A stretch of DNA of 64,000 nt from Verrucomicrobiales bacterium (GTDB lineage Bacteria; Verrucomicrobiota; Verrucomicrobiia; Limisphaerales; UBA9464): positions 1,583 to 65,582 of the forward strand of contig JAIYBC010000024.1 of NCBI GenBank assembly GCA_027488845.1. The letters are read 5' to 3'. A model generated the notes under the pieces. The model was not told where the DNA came from. It saw nothing but the letters and a program-made list of their open reading frames with translations, and ran no database searches. Of the stretch, positions 8,189 to 16,501 are shown one piece after another. How positions within the stretch are numbered: position 1 is the stretch's first letter; each line of letters starts with the position of its first letter. The translations under genes were made by a program, and so were the position numbers.

Positions 8189-8811
8189 TTCTTGGCGGTG
8201 CTTTGCATCAGTCGGAGACGACGGGTGAGTTCGGCGGCGCGCTTCACGCCCTCGTTTCCGGCCTTGGACATGGCGTCGAGGACGCCGGCCACGACGTCGT
8301 CCTTCATCAGGTGGAGGATCTTGGCGGCCATGTCGGGTTCCAGCTCGAGGAGGACCTTGGAGGAACCGGCGGGCTCCATGGCGGCGTAGGTCTTCGCGAG
8401 CCGCTTCAGGTTGAGCTGCTCGTCGTCCTTCATCTTCAGGATCGCGGCGTCGATCTCGGCGCGCAGCCTCGCGACCATCTGGGTGGCTGCGGAAAGCTCC
8501 AGGCGTTCGGCGGCGATGCGGGCCTCGAGTTCCCTGAGTTCCCTCTCCTTGGAACCGAGGCTCAGCTTGTTGTCCTTCAGTTCCTTCACGAGGTACTCCA
8601 CGTCGGGATTGAAGTAGGACCAGGAGGGAGGCGGGTTCTTGGGATCGGTGGTCGCCGGAGGGACGTTGGGATCATGGGCCTCGCCCTCCAATGCGGCCGG
8701 TGCCGGCGGAGGAGGCGGGACGTACCCGCGGACCATGAGGATCGCGGTGGTCAGGAGGTAGACGAGGCCGCCGACCAAGGAGGAAACGAGCGGATTGGCG
8801 AGGAGCTTCAT
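8185..8811 (-). CDS. flagellar protein of the YlxF/FlbB type (N-terminal TM, coiled coil, MgtE_N-like C-terminus)
   Basis: TM segment LVSSLVGGLVYLLTTAILMV followed by a coiled-coil region. The C-terminal MEPAGSSKVLLELEPDMAAKILHLMKDDVVAGVLDAM resembles the MgtE-N/FlbB fold. The position between fliJ and fliK matches the Bacillus fla/che operon. Confidence 0.6.
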   Translation of the reverse strand: MKLLANPLVSSLVGGLVYLLTTAILMVRGYVPPPPPAPAALEGEAHDPNVPPATTDPKNPPPSWSYFNPDVEYLVKELKDNKLSLGSKERELRELEARIAAERLELSAATQMVARLRAEIDAAILKMKDDEQLNLKRLAKTYAAMEPAGSSKVLLELEPDMAAKILHLMKDDVVAGVLDAMSKAGNEGVKRAAELTRRLRLMQSTAKK

Positions 8812-8817
8812 GGTGGA

Positions 8818-9276
8818 TCAGGCGGCCCGGGCGGCACAGAGGTGCGGAGCGCGGCGTAGGGCGATCTCGTCGAGGCGTTTCTGGTCCTCGCGGAGGCTTT
8901 CACGGTCGTGGGCCTCGCGCTCGCGGACCTGGAACTTCTCGACCGACTCCCGTTCACGACGGGCCTCGAGCACCTTGGCCAGGGAGCGGGCGACGTCGGC
9001 CTCGGCGCGGGTGACCGCCGCCGCGGCCTCGGTGTGGTCCTGATCCAATCGGCTTCCGTAGCCGTGGAACTGGGCGAGGACCGAGGCGGAGCAGCCGCAC
9101 GAGACGGCTTGGCGGAGGTCGACGCGGAGCGCCTCGACGGCGCCGGCCACCGCGTGGAGCCGGTCCAACGCCGACTGCCGGGCCAGCAGCACCTTGGCGT
9201 GGTCCTGAAGCGACTGTTCCTCGCGTCGGCGACGGAGATCGAGCAGCGCGGCGACCTTGGAACGGAATCGTTTCAT
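8818..9276 (-). CDS. fliJ: flagellar export chaperone FliJ
   Basis: 152 aa, coiled-coil and Arg/Glu-rich. It lies immediately downstream of fliI. The call rests mainly on size, composition and synteny. Confidence 0.65.
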   Translation of the reverse strand: MKRFRSKVAALLDLRRRREEQSLQDHAKVLLARQSALDRLHAVAGAVEALRVDLRQAVSCGCSASVLAQFHGYGSRLDQDHTEAAAAVTRAEADVARSLAKVLEARRERESVEKFQVREREAHDRESLREDQKRLDEIALRRAPHLCAARAA

Positions 9277-9297
9277 GGGGATGGGGAGTCGGCGGGA

Positions 9298-10644
9298 TCA
9301 GGGCTTGCGGCCGGCGAGGGCGTCCCGGAGCAGGTTCCATCCCTCGGCGGGCTGGAATCCGGAGTCGACCCGTTGACGCAGGAAGAGGTCGATCGCCTCG
9401 CGGAGCCGGATGGCGGCGTCGACGGAGGCGTTCGAGCCGGCGACGTAGGCGCCGAGGTTGATGAGGTCGGAGTTCTTCCGGTACACGGACATCAGCTCAC
9501 GGGCCCGGCCGGCGACGTCGAGCTGCTCCTGGGAGCAGAGGTCGCGGGTGAGGCGGCTGACGCTCTGGAGCACGTCGATCGCGGGATAGTGGTTCTGCTG
9601 CGCCAGGCCGCGGTCGAGGACGATGTGTCCGTCGAGGATGCCGCGGACGGTGTCGGCGACGGGCTCGTTCATGTCGTCGCCCTCGACGAGGACGGTGAAG
9701 AAGGCGGTGATGGCCCCTCGTTCGCCGGCGCCGGCGCGCTCGAGCAGCTGGGGAAGGAGCGCAAAGACGCTCGGGGTGTAGCCGCGGGTGGCCGGGGGTT
9801 CGCCGACGGCGAGGCCGATCTCGCGTTGGGCCATGGCGAAGCGGGTCACGGAATCCATCATCAGCAACACCGACTTCCCGGCGTCGCGGAAGTGTTCGGC
9901 GATGGCCATGGCGGTGTAGGCGCCCTTGAGGCGGGAGAGGGCGGGTTCGTTGGAGGTCGCGACGACCACCACCGACTTGCGGCGGCCCTCCTCGGTGAGG
10001 TCCTTCTCGAGGAACTCGCGCACCTCGCGGCCACGCTCGCCGATCAGCGCGATCACGTTCACGTCGGCCTCGGCGTGGGCGGCCATCATGCCAAGGAGGG
10101 TCGACTTGCCGACGCCGGATCCGGCGAAGATGCCGAGACGTTGGCCGCGTCCGACCGGGATGAGGGTGTCGATGGCCTTGATGCCGGTGCCGAAGACGTC
10201 GTGGATCCGGGTACGGCGGAGCGGATGCGGCGGTGCGGCCATGCAGGGCGCGAGGCCGGACGGGCGGATCGGCGGTAGGGTGTCGATCGGTTGGCCGAGA
10301 CCGTTGAGCACCCGGCCGAGCAGCTCTTCGCCGACGGGCACCTCGAGCGGACGCCCATAGGCGACGACCTCGGAGCCGGGGTGGATGCCGCTGAGTTCGC
10401 CGAGCGGCATGAGGAGCACCCGCCCCTCGCGGAAACCGACCACCTCGGCGAGCGTGTGGCTGTCGTGCCGGGCGCTCTCGATGCGGCAGATCTCGCCGAC
10501 GGCGCAGAGCGGTCCCTCGCTCTCGATCACGAGTCCGATGAGCTGGACGACGCGTCCGCGCTTCTCGACGACACGCGTCGCCCGGACGCGGTCGAGCACG
10601 CCGGAGAGGCGGGACAGGGTCGGCGTGTGAGTGGGCAGGCTCAT
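9298..10644 (-). CDS. fliI: flagellum-specific ATPase FliI
   Basis: Walker A GSGVGKST and Walker B LLMMDSVTR, with overall F1/T3SS-ATPase-like sequence. There is a 4-nt overlap with fliH. Confidence 0.95.
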   Translation of the reverse strand: MSLPTHTPTLSRLSGVLDRVRATRVVEKRGRVVQLIGLVIESEGPLCAVGEICRIESARHDSHTLAEVVGFREGRVLLMPLGELSGIHPGSEVVAYGRPLEVPVGEELLGRVLNGLGQPIDTLPPIRPSGLAPCMAAPPHPLRRTRIHDVFGTGIKAIDTLIPVGRGQRLGIFAGSGVGKSTLLGMMAAHAEADVNVIALIGERGREVREFLEKDLTEEGRRKSVVVVATSNEPALSRLKGAYTAMAIAEHFRDAGKSVLLMMDSVTRFAMAQREIGLAVGEPPATRGYTPSVFALLPQLLERAGAGERGAITAFFTVLVEGDDMNEPVADTVRGILDGHIVLDRGLAQQNHYPAIDVLQSVSRLTRDLCSQEQLDVAGRARELMSVYRKNSDLINLGAYVAGSNASVDAAIRLREAIDLFLRQRVDSGFQPAEGWNLLRDALAGRKP

Positions 10645-11228
10645 GACTCGATGGCCTGGCGGAGCAGCTCGAACTTGACCTCACGCCGAGCGTCGACGGC
10701 GCCGAAGTCGGTGTGGACCAGGCAGCCGCCGCGGCCCACCTCGGGGGAGGTCTCGAAGCGGATGCGTTCGCCGCCGATCTCCTCGTGCTTCAGGGGGCTG
10801 TTGACCGACTCGATGAGGGCGAGGTCCTCGGGATGGAGGAGCACACGGACACGTCCGGTCTGCTCCAGGGAGGCGAGGGCGTCGCGGACGGCGGCCTCGA
10901 CCATCTGGGGGGAGATCTCGATGCCGTTGACCACCTTGCGGGCGGTCTCGAGGGCGATGGAGATCAGGGTCTGTTCGCATTCGCGGACCACCTGCGGAAG
11001 GGTGGCCGAAAGCTGCTGGAGGAGGCCGTTCTGGAGGTGCTGCAGGTCGGCCCGCTGTTGGATGAGCTGTTCGCGCAGGGAACGTTCGCCGGCGTCGACG
11101 CCCCGGGCGAAGGCCTCCTCCTCTCGGCGCCGCCATCCCTTCTCCAGCTCGGCGAGCGAGAGCTGGACGACGCGGACCTCGCGGAGGGCCTCGGTGAACG
11201 GGATGCGGTGGGATTCGGCGGGATTCAT
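10641..11228 (-). CDS. fliH: flagellar assembly protein FliH
   Basis: 195 aa between fliG and fliI. The C-terminal end GGCLVHTDFGAVDARREVKFELLRQAI is typical of FliH. Confidence 0.75.
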   Translation of the reverse strand: MNPAESHRIPFTEALREVRVVQLSLAELEKGWRRREEEAFARGVDAGERSLREQLIQQRADLQHLQNGLLQQLSATLPQVVRECEQTLISIALETARKVVNGIEISPQMVEAAVRDALASLEQTGRVRVLLHPEDLALIESVNSPLKHEEIGGERIRFETSPEVGRGGCLVHTDFGAVDARREVKFELLRQAIES

Positions 11229-11230
11229 CG

Positions 11231-12271
11231 TCAGTTGTCGGAGGCGCCCTCGCCGGCGGCGGCTTCGTCCTCGGCCTCGACCTTGCGGACGATCTCGATG
11301 ATGCGGAGCTGGGCGGACTCGATGTCGCGGAGCTTGAGCGGACCCATGAAGCCCATCTCCTCCTGGACCGTCTCCGCGGCGCGCTTGGAGATGGCGCCGA
11401 GGAGGGCGGTCTTGAGGGCGTCGGATGCGGTCTTGAGGGCGACGGCGAGGTCGCGCATGTCCACCTCGCGGAGGACCCGTTGGAGCATCGGGACCTCGAG
11501 GTTGGCGACGTCCTCGAAGGTGAACATCTTCTGGCGGATCGCCTGGCCGAGCTCGGGGTTGCGTTCCTCGATGTTGATGAGCAGCGATTTGCTGAAGCCC
11601 TTGTCGAGGGAGTTGAGCAGGTTGGCGGCGCTCTTGAGGCCGCCGGTCTGGTTGAGGGCCCGGGTGTGCTTGGTGCCGAGCTTGCGGTTGAGCACCTCGA
11701 CGACCTTCTCGACGATCTCGATGGGCGTCGGGGCCAGGGTGGCGAGGCGTTCGACCACCTGTTCGCGCACCTCGCTGCGGAGCATCATGAGGAGGTTGGA
11801 GGCCTTCTCGGGAGGCAGGTAGCTGATGATGAGCGAGATGGTCTGGGGCTGCTCGTGCTTCAGCAGGTTGAACAGCTGGCGCGGCTCCAGCTCGACGATC
11901 TGGGACATCGAGGAGACCGGGGTGCGGGTCGGGGAGACGCGGCTGATCACGTTGGCCGCCTTGTAGAGGCCGAGGGCCTTCTCGAGGACGGACTGGGTGA
12001 AGTCGATGCCGCCGCGCAGCGAGGTGCTGGCCTCGAGGGCGACGTCGGTGAACTCCTGCAGGACGGCGCCCTGGAGCTCGACGTTCAGCATGCCGACCTT
12101 GGACATCTCGGCGCAGATCGCCTCGACCTCCTCGGGCTCGAGATTCCGGAGGACGGTGATGGCGGTTTCCTCGCCGAGGATGACGAGGAGCATGGCCAGT
12201 TTCTGGATCCGCGTGAGCCGGGGGAAGTCGGCGGCGGAACTCGGGAGGGTTTCTGGGACGGGTGCGGCCAT
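11231..12271 (-). CDS. fliG: flagellar motor switch protein FliG
   Basis: 346 aa. Contains LTRIQKLAMLLVILGEE, MFTFEDV and the C-terminal torque-helix region EEMGFMGPLKLRDIESAQLRIIEIVR. Confidence 0.95.
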   Translation of the reverse strand: MAAPVPETLPSSAADFPRLTRIQKLAMLLVILGEETAITVLRNLEPEEVEAICAEMSKVGMLNVELQGAVLQEFTDVALEASTSLRGGIDFTQSVLEKALGLYKAANVISRVSPTRTPVSSMSQIVELEPRQLFNLLKHEQPQTISLIISYLPPEKASNLLMMLRSEVREQVVERLATLAPTPIEIVEKVVEVLNRKLGTKHTRALNQTGGLKSAANLLNSLDKGFSKSLLINIEERNPELGQAIRQKMFTFEDVANLEVPMLQRVLREVDMRDLAVALKTASDALKTALLGAISKRAAETVQEEMGFMGPLKLRDIESAQLRIIEIVRKVEAEDEAAAGEGASDN

Positions 12272-12277
12272 GGTGTG

Positions 12278-13924
12278 TTATTTGGCCTTCTCGCCGCCGC
12301 GGATCATCCAGGTCCGCAGGGCATGGGTCATGTTGGCCGGGTTCTCCCGGACCAGTTGGGTGAGCATCTCGGTGGTCATGACGAAGGGCTGGACCTCCTC
12401 CGACTCGCCGTTGCCATTGGAGCCTCCGTGGCCGTTGCCGTTGCCATGGCCGTTGCCGTTGGACTCGCCGTAGCCGACCGGAACGCCGATGGGGATGTCG
12501 TCGACCGGGGTCTTCTGGAAGGCACGCCAGAAGGCGACCAGGACGACCAGGCCGACCGCGGGGAACACGGCGTTTCGGGCGAGCTCCATCCAGAAGCGCT
12601 GCCGTTCGGTCTTCTCGATCTGGACGGCCATCTCCCGGGCCGGCTCGTCGTTGTAGGCGATCTCCTCGACGGTGAGCTCGTCGACGCGTCCGTCGGCGCC
12701 CTTCTCCTGGATGCCCAGGGCGGCCTGGACGCCGCGACGGATCTTCAGGATCTCCTCGGGCGTGCGGGGAGCGGCGACGCGGTTGGTGCCGACGGTGGTG
12801 AAGGCGAGCGGGATGAAGACGGCGGCCGAGATGCGGCGGACGCGGCCGGGGACCTGGTTCTGCGTGATGACGGTCTGGTTGATCTCGTACTTGTTCTCCG
12901 TCGTCTTCTTCGCCGTGTTGTTCCGGGTGGTCGGGACGGCCGAGGCGTTGGCGACCTGGTTGGTGTCGGTGTTGGCGTTGGTCGGGGTGCCGGGGACGCC
13001 GCCCGAGGCCTGGTTGCCGGTGGTGTTGTCGACCTTCTCGTCGGTGGTCGTCGCGCTGCGGAGGACCTGGCCCTCGGGATCGTACTTGGTCTCGTTGCGC
13101 TGCAACGTGGTGTAGTCGAGGTCCACCGCCACCCGCGCCAAGACCCGGCCCGCCCCGAAGAACGGCGCCAGCATCGTCTCCGCCTGCCGGGCCAGGTAGC
13201 TCTCGTACTCCTTCTTCTGCTTCAGCTGCGTCGCGCTCGCGCCCGAGATCGGATCGCTGTCGGTGTCGTCGGTGAGCAGCGTGCCGAGGTTGTCGGTCAC
13301 GGTGACCGAGTTCGGGACGAGCCCCTCGACCGCGTTGGCGACCAGGAACCGGATCGCGTTCACCGCGCCCTTGGAAACCGGGACGTTCCCACGGAGCTTG
13401 ATGAAGACCGAGGCGCTCGGCTTCTTCTGGTACTCCACGAGAAGCCGGTTCTCCGGCATCACCAGCAGGACCTGGGCGGAATCGATGCCGTCCATGCTGC
13501 CGATGGTCGAGGACAGCTCGCCTTGGATCGCGCGGAGGTAGTTGACCCGCTGGACGAAGTCGGAAATGCCGAAGTTGGGCTTGTCGAACAGGGAGAACCC
13601 GGTCGTGCCGCCCGACGGGATCCCCTTCCCCGCGAGTTGGATACGGAGGCGGTGGACCTGGTCGGCGGGAACCAGGATCGTTCCGTTCCGGGGAGTGTGG
13701 CGGACGCCCATCTCATCGAGGGCCGCCGTGACCTTGGCGGCCTCGGTGTCGGAGATGCCGCTGAAGAGGACGGCCTGGTCGACCCGGCCCGACCAGGCGA
13801 CGATGCCGGCGAGCCCGGCCAGGACCGCGAGACCGGCCACGACGATCGACACCTTCTGGTTGAAGCCGAGTTCCTTCCAGATCGCGGCCAACTGCTGGCC
13901 AAGCTGTGTCAGGTTCTTGTTCAT
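12278..13924 (-). CDS. fliF: flagellar M-ring protein FliF
   Basis: 548 aa with an N-terminal TM. Contains YLRAIQGELSSTI (RALEGEL-type motif), a C-terminal TM and a FliG-binding tail. Confidence 0.93.
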   Translation of the reverse strand: MNKNLTQLGQQLAAIWKELGFNQKVSIVVAGLAVLAGLAGIVAWSGRVDQAVLFSGISDTEAAKVTAALDEMGVRHTPRNGTILVPADQVHRLRIQLAGKGIPSGGTTGFSLFDKPNFGISDFVQRVNYLRAIQGELSSTIGSMDGIDSAQVLLVMPENRLLVEYQKKPSASVFIKLRGNVPVSKGAVNAIRFLVANAVEGLVPNSVTVTDNLGTLLTDDTDSDPISGASATQLKQKKEYESYLARQAETMLAPFFGAGRVLARVAVDLDYTTLQRNETKYDPEGQVLRSATTTDEKVDNTTGNQASGGVPGTPTNANTDTNQVANASAVPTTRNNTAKKTTENKYEINQTVITQNQVPGRVRRISAAVFIPLAFTTVGTNRVAAPRTPEEILKIRRGVQAALGIQEKGADGRVDELTVEEIAYNDEPAREMAVQIEKTERQRFWMELARNAVFPAVGLVVLVAFWRAFQKTPVDDIPIGVPVGYGESNGNGHGNGNGHGGSNGNGESEEVQPFVMTTEMLTQLVRENPANMTHALRTWMIRGGEKAK

Positions 13925-13966
13925 TCGGGGATAAAGCGGATTCGGAATCGTGACGATGCGGCCGGA

Positions 13967-14488
13967 TCAGACCTGCATGCGCATGAGCTCCTGGTAGGAC
14001 TCGAGGAGCTTGTTTCGCACCTCGACCATGAGCTGGAACGAGACGCTCGCCTCCTCCATGGCGATCATCGCCTGGTGCAGCGTGACGCCTTGGTTTCCGA
14101 TGAGGCCGCGGACGGAGTCGCCGGCGGCGGCCTGCTTCGCGTTGACCTCGTTGACGAAGCCACCGAGGGAATCGGCGAAGGCGTCGCGGCCGGAAACCCG
14201 GCCCATGGACGGCAGAGCGATGGAGTTCCCGGCGGAAGTCGAGACCGGCGGAGGAAGCGTCGGGCCCGCGGCGGAGTCGGCCATCTTCGAGAACGCCCTG
14301 AGCTGGGCCATTTCGCTCTCCGGGATGACCTTCGAGAGACCTGCGAGCCCACCGCCTCCCTGCCCTCCACCGAATCCGCCCAGTCCACCGAGTCCACCCT
14401 TCTGCAGCTGCTCCATGGCACCCTTGGGGAGGGCGCCCTGGGCACCGGCGGGCCCGGAGAACATGCGGATGGCGGAGAGTGGATCCAT
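13967..14488 (-). CDS. fliE: flagellar hook-basal body protein FliE with a Gly-rich N-terminal extension (173 aa)
   Basis: C-terminal FliE domain FADSLGGFVNEVNAKQ...ASVSFQLMVEVRNKLLESYQELMRMQV. ATG 14486-14488 lies 32 nt after the flgC stop. Internal Met codons could give a shorter product. Confidence 0.8.
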   Translation of the reverse strand: MDPLSAIRMFSGPAGAQGALPKGAMEQLQKGGLGGLGGFGGGQGGGGLAGLSKVIPESEMAQLRAFSKMADSAAGPTLPPPVSTSAGNSIALPSMGRVSGRDAFADSLGGFVNEVNAKQAAAGDSVRGLIGNQGVTLHQAMIAMEEASVSFQLMVEVRNKLLESYQELMRMQV

Positions 14489-14520
14489 GGGGTGGACGTG
14501 AGGGAATCAGGGGTCCGGCG

Positions 14521-14949
14521 TCAGCGCTTGCCGATGGTCATGGCCTGTTGGGCCATCTGGCGTGCGTTCTTCACCACGGCGAGGTTGGCCTCGAAGGCGC
14601 GGGACGAGGCGATGAGGTCGACCATCTCCTCGTGCACGTTCACGTTCGGGAGCTTCACGATGCCGCGCCCGTCGGCGTCGGGATGTTCGGGATTGTAGAC
14701 CTCCCGGAACGGCCGTTGGTCCTTCTCGATGTTGGAGACCCGAACCGCCCGTGATCCGTCGAAGTTGGTGGAATTGGGTCCGTCGGTGAGGAACGTCTCG
14801 AAGACCACCTGCTGACGGCGGTACGGGCCGCCGTCGGCGCCGCGGGTGACCTGCGCGTTGGCGATGTTCTGCGAGACGACGTCGAAACGGGTGTGCTCGG
14901 CGTCGAGCGCGGAGGCGGTGCTCTGAATTCCGGGCAGGAGTTGGATCAT
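14521..14949 (-). CDS. flgC: flagellar basal-body rod protein FlgC
   Basis: FDVVSQNIANAQVTR...PNVNVHEEMVDLIASSRAFEANLAVVKNARQMAQQAMTIGK is canonical FlgC. Confidence 0.93.
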   Translation of the reverse strand: MIQLLPGIQSTASALDAEHTRFDVVSQNIANAQVTRGADGGPYRRQQVVFETFLTDGPNSTNFDGSRAVRVSNIEKDQRPFREVYNPEHPDADGRGIVKLPNVNVHEEMVDLIASSRAFEANLAVVKNARQMAQQAMTIGKR

Positions 14950-14968
14950 GGCAGGTCGGGATTCAGGT

Positions 14969-15349
14969 TCAGCCTCGGCCGGTGATGGCGAGGCGCAGCT
15001 TCAGGAGGGAACCCGAGACCAGTTGGGTCTCGAGCGTGTGGGCCATGGAGTTCTGGTTCAGGGCGAGCAGTTCATGCTCGAGCTTGACGGTGTTGCCGTC
15101 GCGGTTGGCGGCGACCGCATTGGGATCGCGGTCGATGGTGGGCCTCAGCGACGCCACGCGGCCGACGTCCTCCGATCCCATCGCGCTGGCCAACTCGGTC
15201 TGGAACGTCCGGGCGACGTCGACACGCTTGTAGGACGGCGTCTCGACGTTCGCCAGGTTGCTGGCGATCGCCTGATGGCGCATGACCGTCGCGTCCAAGA
15301 GCTTCTTGGTGGCGACGTAGTTGGGCTGGATGAAGAGGGCTTGGATCAT
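14969..15349 (-). CDS. flgB: flagellar basal-body rod protein FlgB
   Basis: RHQAIASNLANVETPSYKRVDV plus a C-terminal rod motif. I prefer the start at ATG 15347-15349 (MIQALF...). The ORF-track start at 15397 would place the sigma54-like promoter inside the coding sequence. Confidence 0.85.
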   Translation of the reverse strand: MIQALFIQPNYVATKKLLDATVMRHQAIASNLANVETPSYKRVDVARTFQTELASAMGSEDVGRVASLRPTIDRDPNAVAANRDGNTVKLEHELLALNQNSMAHTLETQLVSGSLLKLRLAITGRG

Positions 15350-15370
15350 GGAGCCGTCCGTTCCAGTCCA

Positions 15371-15390
15371 TGCAAGCAACGGGTATGCCG
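15371..15390 (-). promoter_or_regulatory. candidate sigma-54 (-24/-12) promoter for the flgB operon
   Basis: The minus strand reads CGGCATACCCGTTGCTTGCA, against the consensus TGGCAC-N5-TTGCW. The GG-to-GC spacing is correct. The element ends about 26 nt upstream of the flgB ATG at 15349. Confidence 0.4.
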
Positions 15391-15520
15391 AGGACACACG
15401 AGGCGTCGAAGGCCTCGCTTTCCAGGCACTTACACCGATCCGGAGGGATCCGGAGGGTCAGGGACACAAGGTGGCTCGGTAATTCCTGCCGAGGCTGGGC
15501 AAGCCCGGTCCGGACCTGAC

Positions 15521-16501
15521 TCAGAACAGGACGGCCATCCCGACGACGAGGGCCGCGACCCAGAGAATGGCGACGGCGGACGGCTTGCCGAACCCGGCGC
15601 GGACCAGCCTGTGGCTGAGGTGGTTGGTGTCACCCACCCAGAAGGGACGCCCGGCGAGGGTCCTCACGACGAACACCGAGGCGGTGTCGAGGATCGGCAC
15701 CGCAAGAAAGGCCAACGGTGACAGGACAGCCCAAGGACGCGGGTCCTGCATCTTGGTGGAATAGAAGTGGGGCAGGATCGCCAGGACGGCCATGAGATAC
15801 CCCACCAGGTGGCTCCCCGCGTCGCCGAGGAAGACCGAGGCCTTCGGATAGTTGTAAGGGAGATAGCCAAGAAGGGCTCCGGCGACCACGAGGGCGAACG
15901 AGGCGACCAGGTATTGGCCGTGTCGGATCGCCACGGCGGCGAAGAGGCCGGCCCCAACGACCCCGAGCCCCGCGCACAGGCCGTTCATGTTGTCGCTGAG
16001 GTTGAAGGCGTTGGTAACCGCCACGATCCAGAAGACGGTCATCGCGTAGCTGAACGCGGTGCTGGGGACGAAGAGGGTCAATCGGACACCGCCGGCGGCG
16101 ACCATCAGGGCGATCAACACCTGGCCGAACAGCTTGTGGGAGGGACGCAACTCGAACCGGTCGTCGCCCACCCCGAGAAGCAACATGCCCACGGCCCCGG
16201 CCATCATCGCCGCCAGGGGGACCGCCCGGCGCCCCAACCCGTAGGCCACCTTCTCGAGGCTTTCCGGAGCGAGCTGTCCGGTCAGGACCGCCACCCAAGC
16301 CCCGAAGAGCACAAGCAGGATCCCGGTGAAGACGGCGAATCCTCCCGCCAGCGGGACTGGCACGGTGTGGATCTTCCGGTGTCCCGGGTCGTCGACGAGA
16401 TTCCAGCGGCGACACGCACCGCGCCACAAAGGGAGACTCACGGCCGACCCGACGGCCCCGCCCGCGAGGGCCAGCAGGTAGATGTCCTGTGGGAATGTCA
16501 T
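15521..16501 (-). CDS. polyprenyl-phosphate N-acetylhexosamine-1-phosphate transferase, MraY/WecA (GT4 glycos_transf_4) family
   Basis: Polytopic membrane protein with motifs LVDDPGHRKIHTVPVPLAGG, GVGDD, NAFNLSDNMNGL and LGDAGSHLVGY. Start at ATG 16499-16501 (MTFPQDIY) overlaps the stop of the upstream GT gene. Confidence 0.85.
   Translation of the reverse strand: MTFPQDIYLLALAGGAVGSAVSLPLWRGACRRWNLVDDPGHRKIHTVPVPLAGGFAVFTGILLVLFGAWVAVLTGQLAPESLEKVAYGLGRRAVPLAAMMAGAVGMLLLGVGDDRFELRPSHKLFGQVLIALMVAAGGVRLTLFVPSTAFSYAMTVFWIVAVTNAFNLSDNMNGLCAGLGVVGAGLFAAVAIRHGQYLVASFALVVAGALLGYLPYNYPKASVFLGDAGSHLVGYLMAVLAILPHFYSTKMQDPRPWAVLSPLAFLAVPILDTASVFVVRTLAGRPFWVGDTNHLSHRLVRAGFGKPSAVAILWVAALVVGMAVLF

Noticed and set aside
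11480-14698. 1072-aa ORF on the plus strand
   Set aside because: It is entirely antisense to fliG, fliF, fliE and flgC, which have unmistakable family motifs. Its translation is low-complexity and rich in G/D/L/R/V/A, typical of shadow ORFs in high-GC DNA.
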